A DNA stretch of 62,765 nt, filler included, from Sphacelaria rigidula (lineage: Eukaryota): the NCBI GenBank assembly GCA_964200075.2. It is 11 parts of 11 records of this genome, joined end to end, with 100 filler letters (N's around TTAATTAATTAA, not from the genome) between each part and the next. Parts side by side here need not be neighbours in the genome. Positions count along the whole stretch, not along the records: positions 45,722 to 51,336 come from CAXNAA020025841.1; positions 51,437 to 57,051 come from CAXNAA020025842.1; positions 57,152 to 62,765 come from CAXNAA020025843.1; 8 more parts are not named here. One strand, written 5' to 3'. Under the pieces are notes generated by a model. That model was not told the origin of the DNA. It did not search any database and saw only the letters and a program-made list of their open reading frames with translations. The translations under genes were made by a program, and so were the position numbers. Within the stretch, counting starts at the first letter, position 1, and each line of letters opens with the position of its first letter. Of the stretch, positions 50,827 to 62,765 are shown in pieces.

Positions 50827-53800
50827 CTGAAATAGGAGTGTAGTGAGGTTTCGGAAAAAAGGATCAAGTACTGTGCCACTGGATCATCTGCATAGGCCGT
50901 ACTCTGTTCTTCGCGGGAAATACTTTTTTGAGGGACGGAGAAGAACAAATCTATTCCACAGCGGAACACACTGGAATGCAAAAAAAAACGTACGTGCTCG
51001 TCCGTTGGTCAGCGCGCGCGGGGGAGAGGGGTACGGTCGGAACACACATCCACCATGAACGATGACAATTTGCCATCAGCTCGGCAACACACACCAACAA
51101 ACGACGTCCGTCATGGCTGTTGGGCACATTTCAACGACAAGGACGTGGCAGACACGCTTCCCCCCTTCCCCCCCGGTGAAACACCCATGAAGCAGTGCAT
51201 AGGCCATGGCTGTCTCTGAAAGTGGCGATACCACAGGATAAAGCAACTCATTGGAGGCTGTCATCCAAATGAAAGATAATCAGTGGGAAAAAAGAAAAAA
51301 AATCTTAGCAGGATGCAGCTCACCCTTCATGCGACTNNNNNNNNNNNNNNNNNNNNNNNNNNNNNNNNNNNNNNNNNNNNTTAATTAATTAANNNNNNNN
51401 NNNNNNNNNNNNNNNNNNNNNNNNNNNNNNNNNNNNCGGTTGTTCGAACAAGCTTGTTGTGGATCAATAACGCTCATCCATACGTAGGATGAATCTTTGG
51501 AAATTTGGCAGGCACCGTGTAGGAAACACGATACTACACCTTTACAACCGAGACTAGACAACCGCGCACAGTGACCGGCAGCACAAGCTCATGACGCCTA
51601 GCGCCAGCTCTTGCTCATTAACACGCAGTGTCCGGTGTTTTTATCCACAGGACTCCTTCCAGGGTCATCGCAAGAGGGGTGGCCGTATATATGTGCGCCA
51701 AAAACGTTGCCCACAATGGAGCCGTTGACCGCTTGCGCAGCCCTCGTAGGACTGCCCGGGCAGGCGAAATAAGAAAAACACCTGCCGACAACAACAAAAA
51801 TCCTGCCAACAACAGTGAGCATCTGGCACGGGCAACGGTGAACCTGCACATACATAACGGACTCTGCTGCTTCTGCTGTTGTACACACAACAGAAGCCCT
51901 AGAAGTAGAAGCGGATCGAACAGCTGACAGCTGTAACGACACCGCTGGAGCCCATAGCGTTCCTTGGCAGCTGGATGTTTATTTCAAGATCATTATGTAT
52001 GACTACTTTTTTTTATGTACTACTACTGCACTGTACTTCATTCGTCCTCACGCTCGTGTACTGTCCCCGAGAGCAAAGCGACCAAGGGTTGTTCGGTGCG
52101 CTCATATCTCAGTGTATATTTGTGTGCTGGCGTACGTTTTGTAAAAATCAACACTCACACAACGGTTGCTACTGCTGCTGCTCTTATACACGCAACACTG
52201 GCCAAGCAGCAGCAGAGGGAGGCCGGATATCGGGGGAAGGCAGTTACACCGCTGGATCCCTTCGCATTCCACAGCCGTTGGACGTATGTTTGAACATTTT
52301 AGTGTATGGTACACGACCACAGCTTGGTATGTGTGTTTTTTGCCATCCTCACGATCCTGGGCGCCATTGCACACCTCCCGTAGATGTGGGCGCATCCACC
52401 GGGGTACTGCGCTTGGTGACAAACAGGAAAACAAAGAGCTCAAGAGTTTTAATACTGGGAACAATATTTCAAGTAACCCCTTGCTACGAGGGTTGTCAAC
52501 CTGAGCCATGCAGACGTTTTTCAGGTGAAGTTGAAGCCGATCCAAGATATTACCTATTCTCGTCATCGAAGGGTTGATTATGGGGTTTCTACGGGATGAT
52601 ACTGGTCTTGAGCGCAGGTTCTACACTTAGGCCTGCGCGGGCAGTTCTACTACGCCAGCTAGTTTGTGCGTGTGCTGGACGGCGCTACAGCGTCTGGAAA
52701 AGGTGATGACATATTATTTGTGGTGTTCAATCCCGACGCGACAGGCTCACGACAACGGCACTATTTCCATGACCAGCGATTCGGCTCGAACTGTGCGCTG
52801 TCGGTTGTTGGGCAGTTGGATCAGAGATCAGTGCGCGCGCGCGCGCGTGTGCATTCATGTGTGTGGGAGGGGTGGTGCTCATGCCCCAGGCTTACGCTGT
52901 GGGACGTGTATGCACCACATTATGGTGAACGACCATTATTCTGCTATCCGATGTTCCTCGTACACTTTTCGTGTAAAACGTTTTGCTCGGTGAAACAACA
53001 ACAGTTGTTACTGAGTATTCGTTTTTCAAAATTCAAAACAGTTTCTGAAAGAAGTGCTTTCGAGCGAACAACTGAAAGCTTTCCTTCAAGTCAATTTTCT
53101 TGGCCCGTCAAGACATGACCAAACACGACCAAACACCACCTGTACCCTTCTGCATAAACTCTATTTATGCAGCATGCGGGAAAAAACACGCTCAACTACA
53201 ATATTGCACCTCACCCCCCGTTCTCTGGGAAGGGGACGAATAAAAGCTGTATGCATAGATGGGTACATCGCGGGGAAGACGCTATAATATGCCAATTACG
53301 CCAAGAGCCACAACTGGAGAGGTCATGCTTTATTAGGCCACTGTTTAGAAAACCACAGGGATCTATCCACTTCGTATGCGGACATGCGGATCTTCCTGTA
53401 GGTTTCACCAATAGAACCGCCACTGCATGACAAGCCTTGAACGTCATCAACTGCACACTGTACTATCTGTGCTCTGGTCCAAAGCTAGAGACTGTCGGGG
53501 GCTAGGAGACCACAGCGAGTATGTGCTGGTGGGGAATATCGGCACCTGGTGTAGTGCTGTACATGAAGGAAAATTGCGTCTCCGCCCAATCGAAGATGTT
53601 TTAGGGAGTATGTTGTACAGAGGCATGGCCATGGAAGATACAAATATCTTCGCTGTTGCCGACACCGTGCACCATGCCATCACAAAAGGTCATCGAGACC
53701 AACTGATTTGTTTTACCGCATTATTACACTTCCTGCATCGGCACATGACACAAGCAACTTGACACAAGCACCGCAGCTTGTCAGATCCTCTACACACTTG

Positions 53801-55356
53801 AAGAGGCAAGAGGTAACCGTGATTTTAATGCAAGCGCAGCTTCTTGGTCTATCGAGGAGAGAGGGAGGAGGGGCTTTTACGCAGGGCAAGCTCTGCCGCG
53901 GCGCCGTGCTAATCTAGACGAGGAAGGCTTTACATCCGTTGGTTCTTTTCGAAAGCAGGACAAGGAGCAGCGTTGAAAACGGAGGTGAGCGATACCCATT
54001 TTCACCAACAAATGATTCTGCACAGGAGACAGCTGTCGTTGTCACGGGATGTTCGCGCCACAGGTGTTGTTGACAGCCCCGGTCGGGACAAGGTTTCCAA
54101 GCCCGGCTTTCTTCGGAGGAGATATCCTGCACTGCTCTTTCAGGGCCTCGTGAACGAGCCGCCGAATTTCGAATGTCATTCAAGAATCAAAGTTTTGGAG
54201 GGAGTCGAGATTGAACGTATCACCTAGAGGGGTGGTATACACCGTGGGTAACGGTGATCAAATACGTTGTAAGTACGCTCGTACCTAGGAGAGCCACGGG
54301 AGGTGAAGACGTTGACCATTGGAACCGCGCGCAAGAGCGTGCATGCACCGGCGGTTTCGATCCACTTTGCACGTATCTCATCAAAAAAGAATAGAACTGT
54401 CGATGTTTGATCGGAAGCCGCTTGCTTGGTAGGTGATGTGGTGCGAGACCCGCGCGTACCGCCACCGACTTCGAGGCACCCGTCGTTTCCAGTCTGTACT
54501 GATTACATGTCTAGTACTGGCCTCTCTCTATTGTGTACTATATCTATACGACCCTTCCGTTCGTACATCTTTTAGGGGTGAACACAACACTCTCTAAGTG
54601 TTGATTTCGTGGCAGAGCCCGGGGATACAGGGCAAACATATCAAAAGTATGTACTCGATGAAATGTGAGGCCAGAAGCGCAGAAGGGAGGACGTCGGGTG
54701 CTTCTAGTATTTAATATGTGGAAATAAGAAAGGTTTTAACCTTCCGGCTGTACTTCCTCGGCTGATCCACCCACATACGCGAATACCGAAAGATGGTGAG
54801 CTGGCGTTCAAAAGAGGGACGACAACACACACACACCCAAAACATCATATGTATACACTCAGTACCAGCAACAGTGCAGTTGCCCAGCTTCAACGCAGGA
54901 CGAAACGGCGTTGCCTTAGTCGATCTAGGCAAGGCTTACTGGGCAGGCGTGATCTACGTGTAGCACACGCGATTGAAGAAAGCGTGGTGCCGTAGTGGGC
55001 GACAGGCGTACCAAGAGCAACGCTGCAAGCGCAAAACAAAACTGGAGTGTCACAAGTTCACGTCTCGCAGTTCTAACCGCCCGACCGCCACAGCGGATCG
55101 TCTGGATCATGCAATCATTTTTCAAGTGAAAATGATGCCGATTTAACGTATGACCAACCACTGTGGTCAAGAGGTTTCTTTTTTGCGTTGCTGCTGAACC
55201 ATGAAGCTATACCAGTATCTGAAGTCTCTTCTTATCTTGTTCGACCAGCACCGAACCGTGGCGCGGACTTCAACCGTGGCACAGACGTTCTAAAAGACTA
55301 GATAACCTCGACAACAACGCGGGCGCTATTGAACGCGCAGCCCACGTGTCTTTGAA

Positions 55357-55754
55357 AAGAACATTTGCCTAGCTCAGGGCGGACACACTGCTCGTGCCCA
55401 TCATCACCGTGGTTGTCGAATTTTTCGGGCTAAAAAAGTATCCGCCCGTACTTATTTTATTGTACGTGTGTACCTCTATCTTGGCGCATTCCCTCTGTGT
55501 CCTATATGACTACTTACAACAGTAGTACTAGTTATAATACTAGTTATTAGTTTCAAGAACATTTGCCTAGCTCAGGGCGGACACACTGCTCGTGCCCATC
55601 ATCACCGTGGTTGTCGAATTTTTCGGGCTAGAAAAGTATCCGCCCGTACTTATTGTACGTTTATACCTCTGTCTTGGCGCATTCCCTCTGTCCTCTACGT
55701 GCTCTATAACTACTTTACAACAGTAGTAGTACTTATAATAGTAGTTGGTAGTTT
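55357..55754. repeat. Tandem duplication, 198-bp period, 2 copies
   Basis: AAGAACATTTGCCTAGCTCAGGGCGGACACACTGCTCG... starts at 55357 and 55555. The first ~100 bp are nearly identical; the 3' halves are more diverged. Confidence 0.92.
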
Positions 55755-56994
55755 CGTCTGGGTGCCGTTGTTTTGATGCCGGAGTAGCAGAGCGAAATTC
55801 AGAATAGTATCGGACAGTTTTTCACCCTGTCATGTGTATGTGTAATGTACTGTTTCATGCGCCATCCTGGTTTCATAATCCGTGTACAGGTATGGTGCGC
55901 ACGGCATCGTAATTGTTGCACGTCGTGTTTTGTTTCGACACAAGGCACGGCCGCGCATCGTGAATCCTGAAAATGAATGTCTCCGATCAGTCCGCCGTTC
56001 AAAATCATAATTTCGAAGGGAGTTTGGCTTGCGGGTGTATTTCGAAACGCGAAACGCCCCCAGGAACGAAACTTCGAGTCGCCACAAGTTGCAACGGTTC
56101 AACTCTCAAAAAACCGTAGTTGTCCTTGATCAAGCACAACTCATCTGTTGTACGAACGGACGGTTGCTTCATGTTTCTGTCTTGCGTGTATGCTGCATAG
56201 CAAGACACACTCTTGAAACTATTTATACACTACCAGCTGCAAGGACTGTGCATCAGGCAACACGATATTGGGGATGGCATTGATGGTGACTCCTCCTAGA
56301 CCGCCCTCCATCGCTCGTGCCCAGGATGTTGTAGCCAGCCAACTCGTACCTCTCGGTTGGCCACCACCTCAATAATATAATGACACGCGGTGTATTCCGC
56401 GATGCCCAATTCTTGACTCAAACGTTTTATTCGCCTGGGCGAAGCCCCCATTTTTTTAGTAAACACATATTTGCGTTGTGCAACACTACGGGCATTTCAC
56501 GACCAGTATACAGTGCACAGGCAGTAAGTACCCCGGAAGGTACACAAATTGCAGGCACGCCACAAACGAGACCGTTGGTGGGTAATACCCGCCGTCAGCA
56601 CCCAAACAGATGTGCAGCTCCAACGGCGTGTTTTGCGGCAGCAATTGCCAAGTCGAAGAAGCCGCGATTTCAAACGAATGGCTGGCTGGAAAAACAGATG
56701 TATTCGGCGGTCGAGCAGACATCTCGAGCGGCAATCGCCACTATATCCTTGAACTGCGATCCCTGCTCTTGTTTGAAATCACGGTTTTTGAAAGGATTTG
56801 GTGATATCATGGTTGGCGCCAAAGATATGCATTCTTCCGGCAACGGTGTCGACTTGTACTTTTTGTGTTCCTCTCGCGTCAAATCTTATCATTGGAGGTT
56901 TTCTCAAACTGGAGGTTCCCAATATGTTTGACGGTAAATTACTCCGAAATATACCAGAATATCGAGCTTGAGATACCACGACCACAGGCTCCCT

Positions 56995-57051
56995 GGTCGC
57001 TCCGGTGGCTCAGTTGGTAACCTCGTAACCTTCTGAATGTTGAGTTGTGGG
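56995..57051 (+). mobile_element. tRNA-derived SINE head (truncated by contig end)
   Basis: GGTCGCTCCGGTGGCTCAGTTGGTAACCTCGTAACCTTCTGA matches the copy at 17147-17320. Confidence 0.8.
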
Positions 57052-59559
57052 NNNNNNNNNNNNNNNNNNNNNNNNNNNNNNNNNNNNNNNNNNNNTTAAT
57101 TAATTAANNNNNNNNNNNNNNNNNNNNNNNNNNNNNNNNNNNNNNNNNNNNGTTGCGCGAAGTTTTTCCGACTGTGTTTCATCCTCAACAAAAAGCACCA
57201 TCCTCAATATAGATGATTCGCTGTTTTTTGGTACGAAAATGGCGCTTTTGGGCCTTCTTCGACGGGAACATGAAAAATTCAAGCATCACTCAATCGAGTT
57301 TTGCCACGAAATTTTGTAGAGCCCTTTCTTGGGTTATTATGCAGCGACAATTCGTTCGCGAAAAAATGAAAACAAAAAAAACGCAGTGGCGGTTTTCCGA
57401 GGTCCCACAATGGAGACTTCTTCGAAAATACGAATTGGATCCCGTCGGACCCCCGAGAAACGGTAAAAAAAAAAAACGTCCCTCGAAACCTGCATAATGA
57501 TCCATAACACATTTTTGTGCAAAGTTTCAGGGTCCAACTCCAAATAACTGTGTGAAGGTTTGCGCGTTTGTGCAAGGATGCGAGCTTGAAACGTGCAACT
57601 CCTAACTACTTGGTTTTGGTATAAGCTATATGATGTGTTCGAGTTTCTCCACCAAACTTTGTACATGTTGTGTTCCTTGGACTGTATTCCGGGACGCATC
57701 GTAACATTATTTTCTTTTGAGGTATTCTGTACCGCCTTCCGGAGTTTTTTATGTTGGGATCCCCGAAAGCCGGTAGAGAACGGAGAAGAAACTACTGTAA
57801 AATGTTGTCAAGAATACAATTTTTCTATTTCGAGCATTCGAAGCTACGGAGCTGCCAACTTTGAGGGTGATTTGAGCTTTTCTACTACAGATATAAGGAG
57901 AACCATCACGAGGCTAACTGGGTCTTTCAAGTGTATCATTAGTGGGAATTAGACGATGCCGAAACATCACGGTTTCGGTTTCGGGTAAAATTCGACCCCG
58001 TTGTAACCGTTTTCAAATCTGTTTTCCCCGTTAGATTCCCGAGCTGATGGCAGCTACTATGATTTGAAGCATGTGGAGATTCGGTGACAATTAGGCTTGG
58101 AATTCGTGTTTTCAGTTTCGCAACAATTGAAGGGCACTGATTGGTCGAAGTATCTTTTCGCCCTTAGTGCTACCAGTATGGCCCTAAACACAAATCCGGC
58201 TATGTCACGCTTTTTAGCTGTTCATGGTGGTCAGTATGATATCTTGTATGCGACTATTGGGTAGGTATTGCGAAAGGCATTTGGTGACACTATCACCATC
58301 ATTTTTCGTTGGACTAGAGACCTTGGCCACGGTGGGCAAATGTTTACATAGAATGACAGCAAGTTTCGATCCCAATTACGGAGTCTCGGCCGCCGTCCTT
58401 AGGGTTAGGGTCCCGGCGAGGGACCCCCTGGGTTTTCGCCACTCGATGAGTGAAACACTTCCAAGGCGAGACGGACGCTCGCCAACCACTGGAACTCCTG
58501 TCATTTCAGAGGTCACAAAAAGTGATCGAAAAACACATCTGAACACGCGCCAGGACCACTCGCACGACGGCGGAGTGACCGCCGGGTGGAGAGACCGTGA
58601 CCCTGCGTGCGTGCCGCAGCAAAGCACGATACGGGAGCACTCGGATGCCAAAAGTGCACAAATGAAGGTCGGACCGTCGAACGGTTGTTACTATAATATT
58701 CGCACAGGTCCTTTAAGGATCAAGCAGGAACAGCGCAAAAACTTCATCGTTAAACAACTGGTGTCTGCGCCGTCGCTTCGGCGCGTATCATCGTGCACCG
58801 GAACCCAAGTCCTGCGACAAAAAACAACAGAAAACACAACACCGAAACCCAAACGAGTCATAGGCGACGCATATGTGTAGACCTCACCTCCATATGTATG
58901 AAGTACACATCCCTAGCGACTACGAGATCGAGATACTATCTCTACAATTACAGACACCGACAGGAAGGAAGACACACAGAGGAGGGCTACAAAATACCAA
59001 GAAAGCCGAGAACGAGGACGAAAACAACCAGCCCGCTGAACACCGCGCCATAGAGAATAATTGAACCATGCAATAGGAGGCGTCTCGTACCCAGAACCCA
59101 CGGCCCAAGGCCGCGCACAGTGGGCCAAACAGGGATACCTTTTGTGCGATGTGCGTCGAATTTATCACACTAATCCATACCCCGGCACGGAGCGCAACAT
59201 TCGCAAACCTCGACAGCAGCCGTCCTCACGGTTCGCTGTTGCCCCCAACACCACAACGCGTCGGCGTCCATATGTGGAGACAACGAATTCACCACGACCA
59301 CAGAAGGATATATGATTCGTCATGACAGGCGGGTAGTAACCGCCACCCGAACTTCCGGCGGGGCAGACTATCTTGGATTCAAAGTGAGGTTTAACTTCCA
59401 GTCCCCCCCCTCCGTCCATATATCACGGAGGTGTTACACCCTTCACACCAACATGGTGGAGGCTTTCCGTAGACGGATGATAGTCCGCATGACCCCCCAT
59501 TCCACAGCTAGGCGAACGCCTCGCGTACCGCCGACGGAATCTCTCTATCCTCAACCCAC

Positions 59560-60300
59560 AGAACGGACCATGCCTCGGTGAAACAGTCCCGCCGAGGTAT
59601 CTGCACCCTCCGTCCATGTGCTCCGAGCGATTTCGTTGCCCTGAAGGCCGCATGCACAGGTAGTCAAGGGTTCGAGGTGATGGACGCGGCACGGAAACGG
59701 TGGGCGCAATGAAATGTTGAAGACAGAGAGAAATCATGCTTTCAAGGCGGGGGCGGCTGTGAACAGCGCGAGTGCTGTGTGAACCGCCAAAGGGGTGACG
59801 CGGATGCAGTGTGCATGGCAGCGGCGCACGCACAACGTGCGCCGGCCACGACATTCTATCGCCGGAATGTCAGGCATGAACAGCATTTGGTGTGGGAGAT
59901 GAGCGATGAAGTACAGAGGCAACAGGTAGGGTTCATGCCATACCACAGAAACGGTGGAGACGAGAAAATATGTGAACGCGAACCCGCGGTTCGACAGAAA
60001 ACTACTCGTATTGCGAGTCCAATACTACTGCCGCGCCCTGCCGGTGCCATGGCACTTTTGTCACCAGTGGGAGGACAAAATGTGGACTCCATCCCCCAAG
60101 ATTTGTCTTCTCTGCTTGGTGCATGTGACCTCCCAATGCCATTCGGATATCAGTTGTTTCGACAAATACATGGCCCGATCGCGCAGCGCTACAGAAAGAT
60201 ACGAGTATACCTTCGCATGCGATGTCAGTGCTGTACACGAATATTAGGAGCTTTCACCGGAGCTTTCGAAGGAAACTACATGTAGAAAACGCCGCAATCA
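59560..60300 (+). repeat. Second copy of the ~700-bp dispersed repeat (see 44900-45621)
   Basis: Reverse-complement similarity to 44900-45621. Confidence 0.8.
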
Positions 60301-60969
60301 CGGCCGGAGCGGTGCATTTGTATTGTTATATCGGAAATATTTCGATGCTCATGAAAGTTCCCATGATTCATCTCCAATACAAAATCTACCCGCAATTTGT
60401 AAAATCCCGTGTTAACTGTTGATGTGCCACCACCAACAACCAGGAAAAAGTAAAAGCTTGTTCGGCGCGGAGTTGAATGGAGTGCTTATTTTGAAGCTGC
60501 TATGACCTCTACCGCCGTACAGGTAGAACGGGTATCACCACCACCTACCTAACAACTCGGGAGTTCAGAACTTGAGCCTCGAAGGTAGAATCCAAAGATA
60601 TAAGAACTTGAGCACAAATTATTATGCCTGAGTAATAACTCCATACTGAAACCTTTGTAGCCAATAAAAAAGTGTACGGTATTAGTAGCATCAGAAAATG
60701 ACTCACCACCTGAGCTTTGTAAATCGTGCTCAGGAAGGGCATCATACCTTGTCAGTATGTCAGAAAGAAAGCCAAGTCAGTCAAAAATGCAACCGTCATT
60801 GTTTTTGTGGTAATGTCAACGTTGGATCGTTCCTCGTATTGATTTTTGCCTACAAGATCCATTGATCTGTTTGCCCTCGTTTCCCCCCTTGTGCGTGCGT
60901 ATGTACGTGTGTATTGAATTGCTACCATTCTCATGACTACCTTGTGTGTATTTTTCCTTCACTGTTATA

Positions 60970-61277
60970 TCTTTCCAGGCAAAAACTTACACTCCGAGGA
61001 GGGGGTTTCGAGGGTGCAGCTGTGGATGGGGCTGCTGACGGAGGGGCTGTCGAGGATACAGCTGCGGGCAGAGGCATCAGGGCCGCCATCAAGCTGGGCC
61101 TCGTTCGAACGGCAGGCTATGATAACATAGCCTGCCGTTCGAACGAGGCCCAGCTTAATGGCGGCCTCGACGCCTCCGCCCCCAGCTGTATCCTCGACAG
61201 CCCGCTCGTCGACAGCTCCACCCACAGCTACATCCTCGAAACCCCCTGCTCGGAGTGTAAGTATTTGCGTGGAAAGA
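60970..61277. ncRNA. Long foldback (152-bp arms, 4-nt loop): candidate hairpin-RNA / pre-miRNA
   Basis: Arms 60970-61121 and 61126-61277 are reverse complements with about 18 substitutions (manual count) and no indels; loop ATAA. The inverted repeat is directly visible; RNA function is inferred. Confidence 0.55.
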
Positions 61278-62651
61278 ATTTGAATTGAAAATACACACGA
61301 TAGTGATGAGAATGATAGCAATTCAAGACACATACATACATAGGCACAAGGGTGAAAAAAGGGGGGGACGTACTCATTTGTTGCTTGCCTTAGTCGTTTG
61401 ACCATCAACCACGCATCCCTTTCGAGACAGAGCACCGGTGGTGAAAAAACGGGGGGGGGGCAGAACATATACCGCGGGAAAAATACATAGAAGGAACGGT
61501 TAACTACTACCACACAAAACATGTCGTATTTTGGACTGACTTGACTATCTGTCTGAGTTACAATACACCGGCTGCGTGTTGTGTTGATTGAGTAGGTGCA
61601 AAGCTAAGACATCGAGCTATAGTTTCCATAGTATTATAGTGATATGCTTTGTATTGACTGTCGGTGATGACGTGTCTAAGTGGGTGCGAGGAGTTCATCG
61701 TTGATCCGCTCCGTTTTGGTACGATATCTTGGCCGTCTCTATACCGCAGAAATGTTCCTATACCTAAGACATGAGGTACAGTACAGTAGGTGTACAGCTT
61801 CTCCAAGAGAAAGCGTTGATGAGCCAAAAACCCCTCTCATGAACCTTGATCCTCCTTATTCAATACTTGGAAGTATGAGATAAACCTTCCTTAGACTCGT
61901 CACAACCAGTGCTGAGAGACAGTGAACGGCGACGGACACATGCACACGTGAGCATGCTCGTACATCGCGCCGGAAGAAGCCCCCAAAAGCTCGGTTTTGA
62001 TTGATTGATTGATTGATTGTCGCACTTAAACCGATCTCCCAGGGATCCAGCCTTATCGTGGTGATGTGATAGCCGTACCCCAGACGAAACGAAAATTGAA
62101 ACACTCGCTGACGAAAAGTGGAGGAAAAAAAATGAAACAGAAACGGTGAAACAGACCAACAGAGTAGACTGAAAAAAGAAGGGAAAAAAACAGAACAAGA
62201 GAAATACATAGAAATGACCGGCCGCTACCAAATGGCTTCGGTGAGGAAAAAAAAGGCGTGTCAGCAATATTAGTTCGTGGTCCTCTGCTCAAGTCAACTG
62301 GCTTTGAACCCAGGTGGCGCTTTTCGGCACCGTAAAGTACAGCAAGTGTGGCTGTTTGCCGTCGGGGGTACCTGTATCATCGCCCGTTTAGGCCCTTTAT
62401 TGCCCAAGATATATTTTTCATCATGAGTTCTCAAATTTAGGAGAACTCCCAATGGCCCATTATTTTCAAGATATTCTGTTGCTGTCAGATATCTCATTAC
62501 GAAAGTAGTGCTGATCTAACAGCCGATTTTAAATTTTGGGGTTCAAAACTAAAATGGGGCTGAAGTCGCATTTTTGTACTGCAGAGAAGATTCGAAAGAG
62601 TAACACAGAGCGAAAGTATCTCCCCCCCCCAAACTCCGCAGGAGGACTTGA

Positions 62652-62755
62652 CCGTCAGACCGCGAGAGTAGGTCACCTGCTGAATCGGCATCGATATTCA
62701 CTTGGAAAAAGTACACGCGTGGTCCAGATGGACTACGGGCACCGCGGTCCAAGGG
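62652..62755. mobile_element. piggyBac-like MITE
   Basis: TTGA|CCGTCAGACCGCGAGAGTAGGTCACCTGCTGAATCGGCATC...CGCGGTCCAAGGG|TTAA. Same family as the contig-4 cluster. Confidence 0.72.
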
Positions 62756-62765
62756 TTAAGCAACT

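Noticed and set aside
53100..54230. Possible decayed coding region (several 70-110-aa ORFs)
   Set aside because: No frame gave a recognisable domain by eye; it cannot be supported without a translated search.
58224..58880. 218-aa plus-strand ORF
   Set aside because: No motifs, codon-like pattern or splice support; likely a chance ORF.

Overview
Eukaryotic, intron-rich and repeat-rich DNA, most likely a brown alga (Phaeophyceae). That assignment is inferred from EsV-1-7 repeats, a stramenopile-type giant repeat protein and the exon/intron style. The window is not one locus. It is 11 unrelated contigs of 5,614-5,616 bp joined by an artificial 100-bp spacer (44 N + TTAATTAATTAA + 44 N), so nothing should be linked across spacers. 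Phase-compatible spliced exons can be reconstructed for four genes: a DDX51/Dbp6 DEAD-box helicase (2 exons, +), a UBR1/PRT6-type N-recognin E3 ligase (3 exons, -), a giant extracellular repeat protein (4 exons, -) and eIF4G (3 exons, -). There are also single exons of a STIMATE/TMEM110-family protein and of a secreted protein with a signal peptide. Other content: an EsV-1-7 pseudogene, a Ty3/Gypsy protease remnant followed by a 158-bp tandem array, tRNA-derived SINEs, piggyBac-, hAT- and Tourist-like MITEs, and several non-LTR 3'-end families. Two signals stand out: a 308-nt indel-free foldback built from an inverted duplication of an exon-like segment (hairpin-RNA/miRNA candidate, 60970-61277), and a ~70-bp retroposon that appears to target oligo(C)/(G) tracts. 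I found no convincing new multi-gene system. Most ORFs in the six-frame track are spurious.
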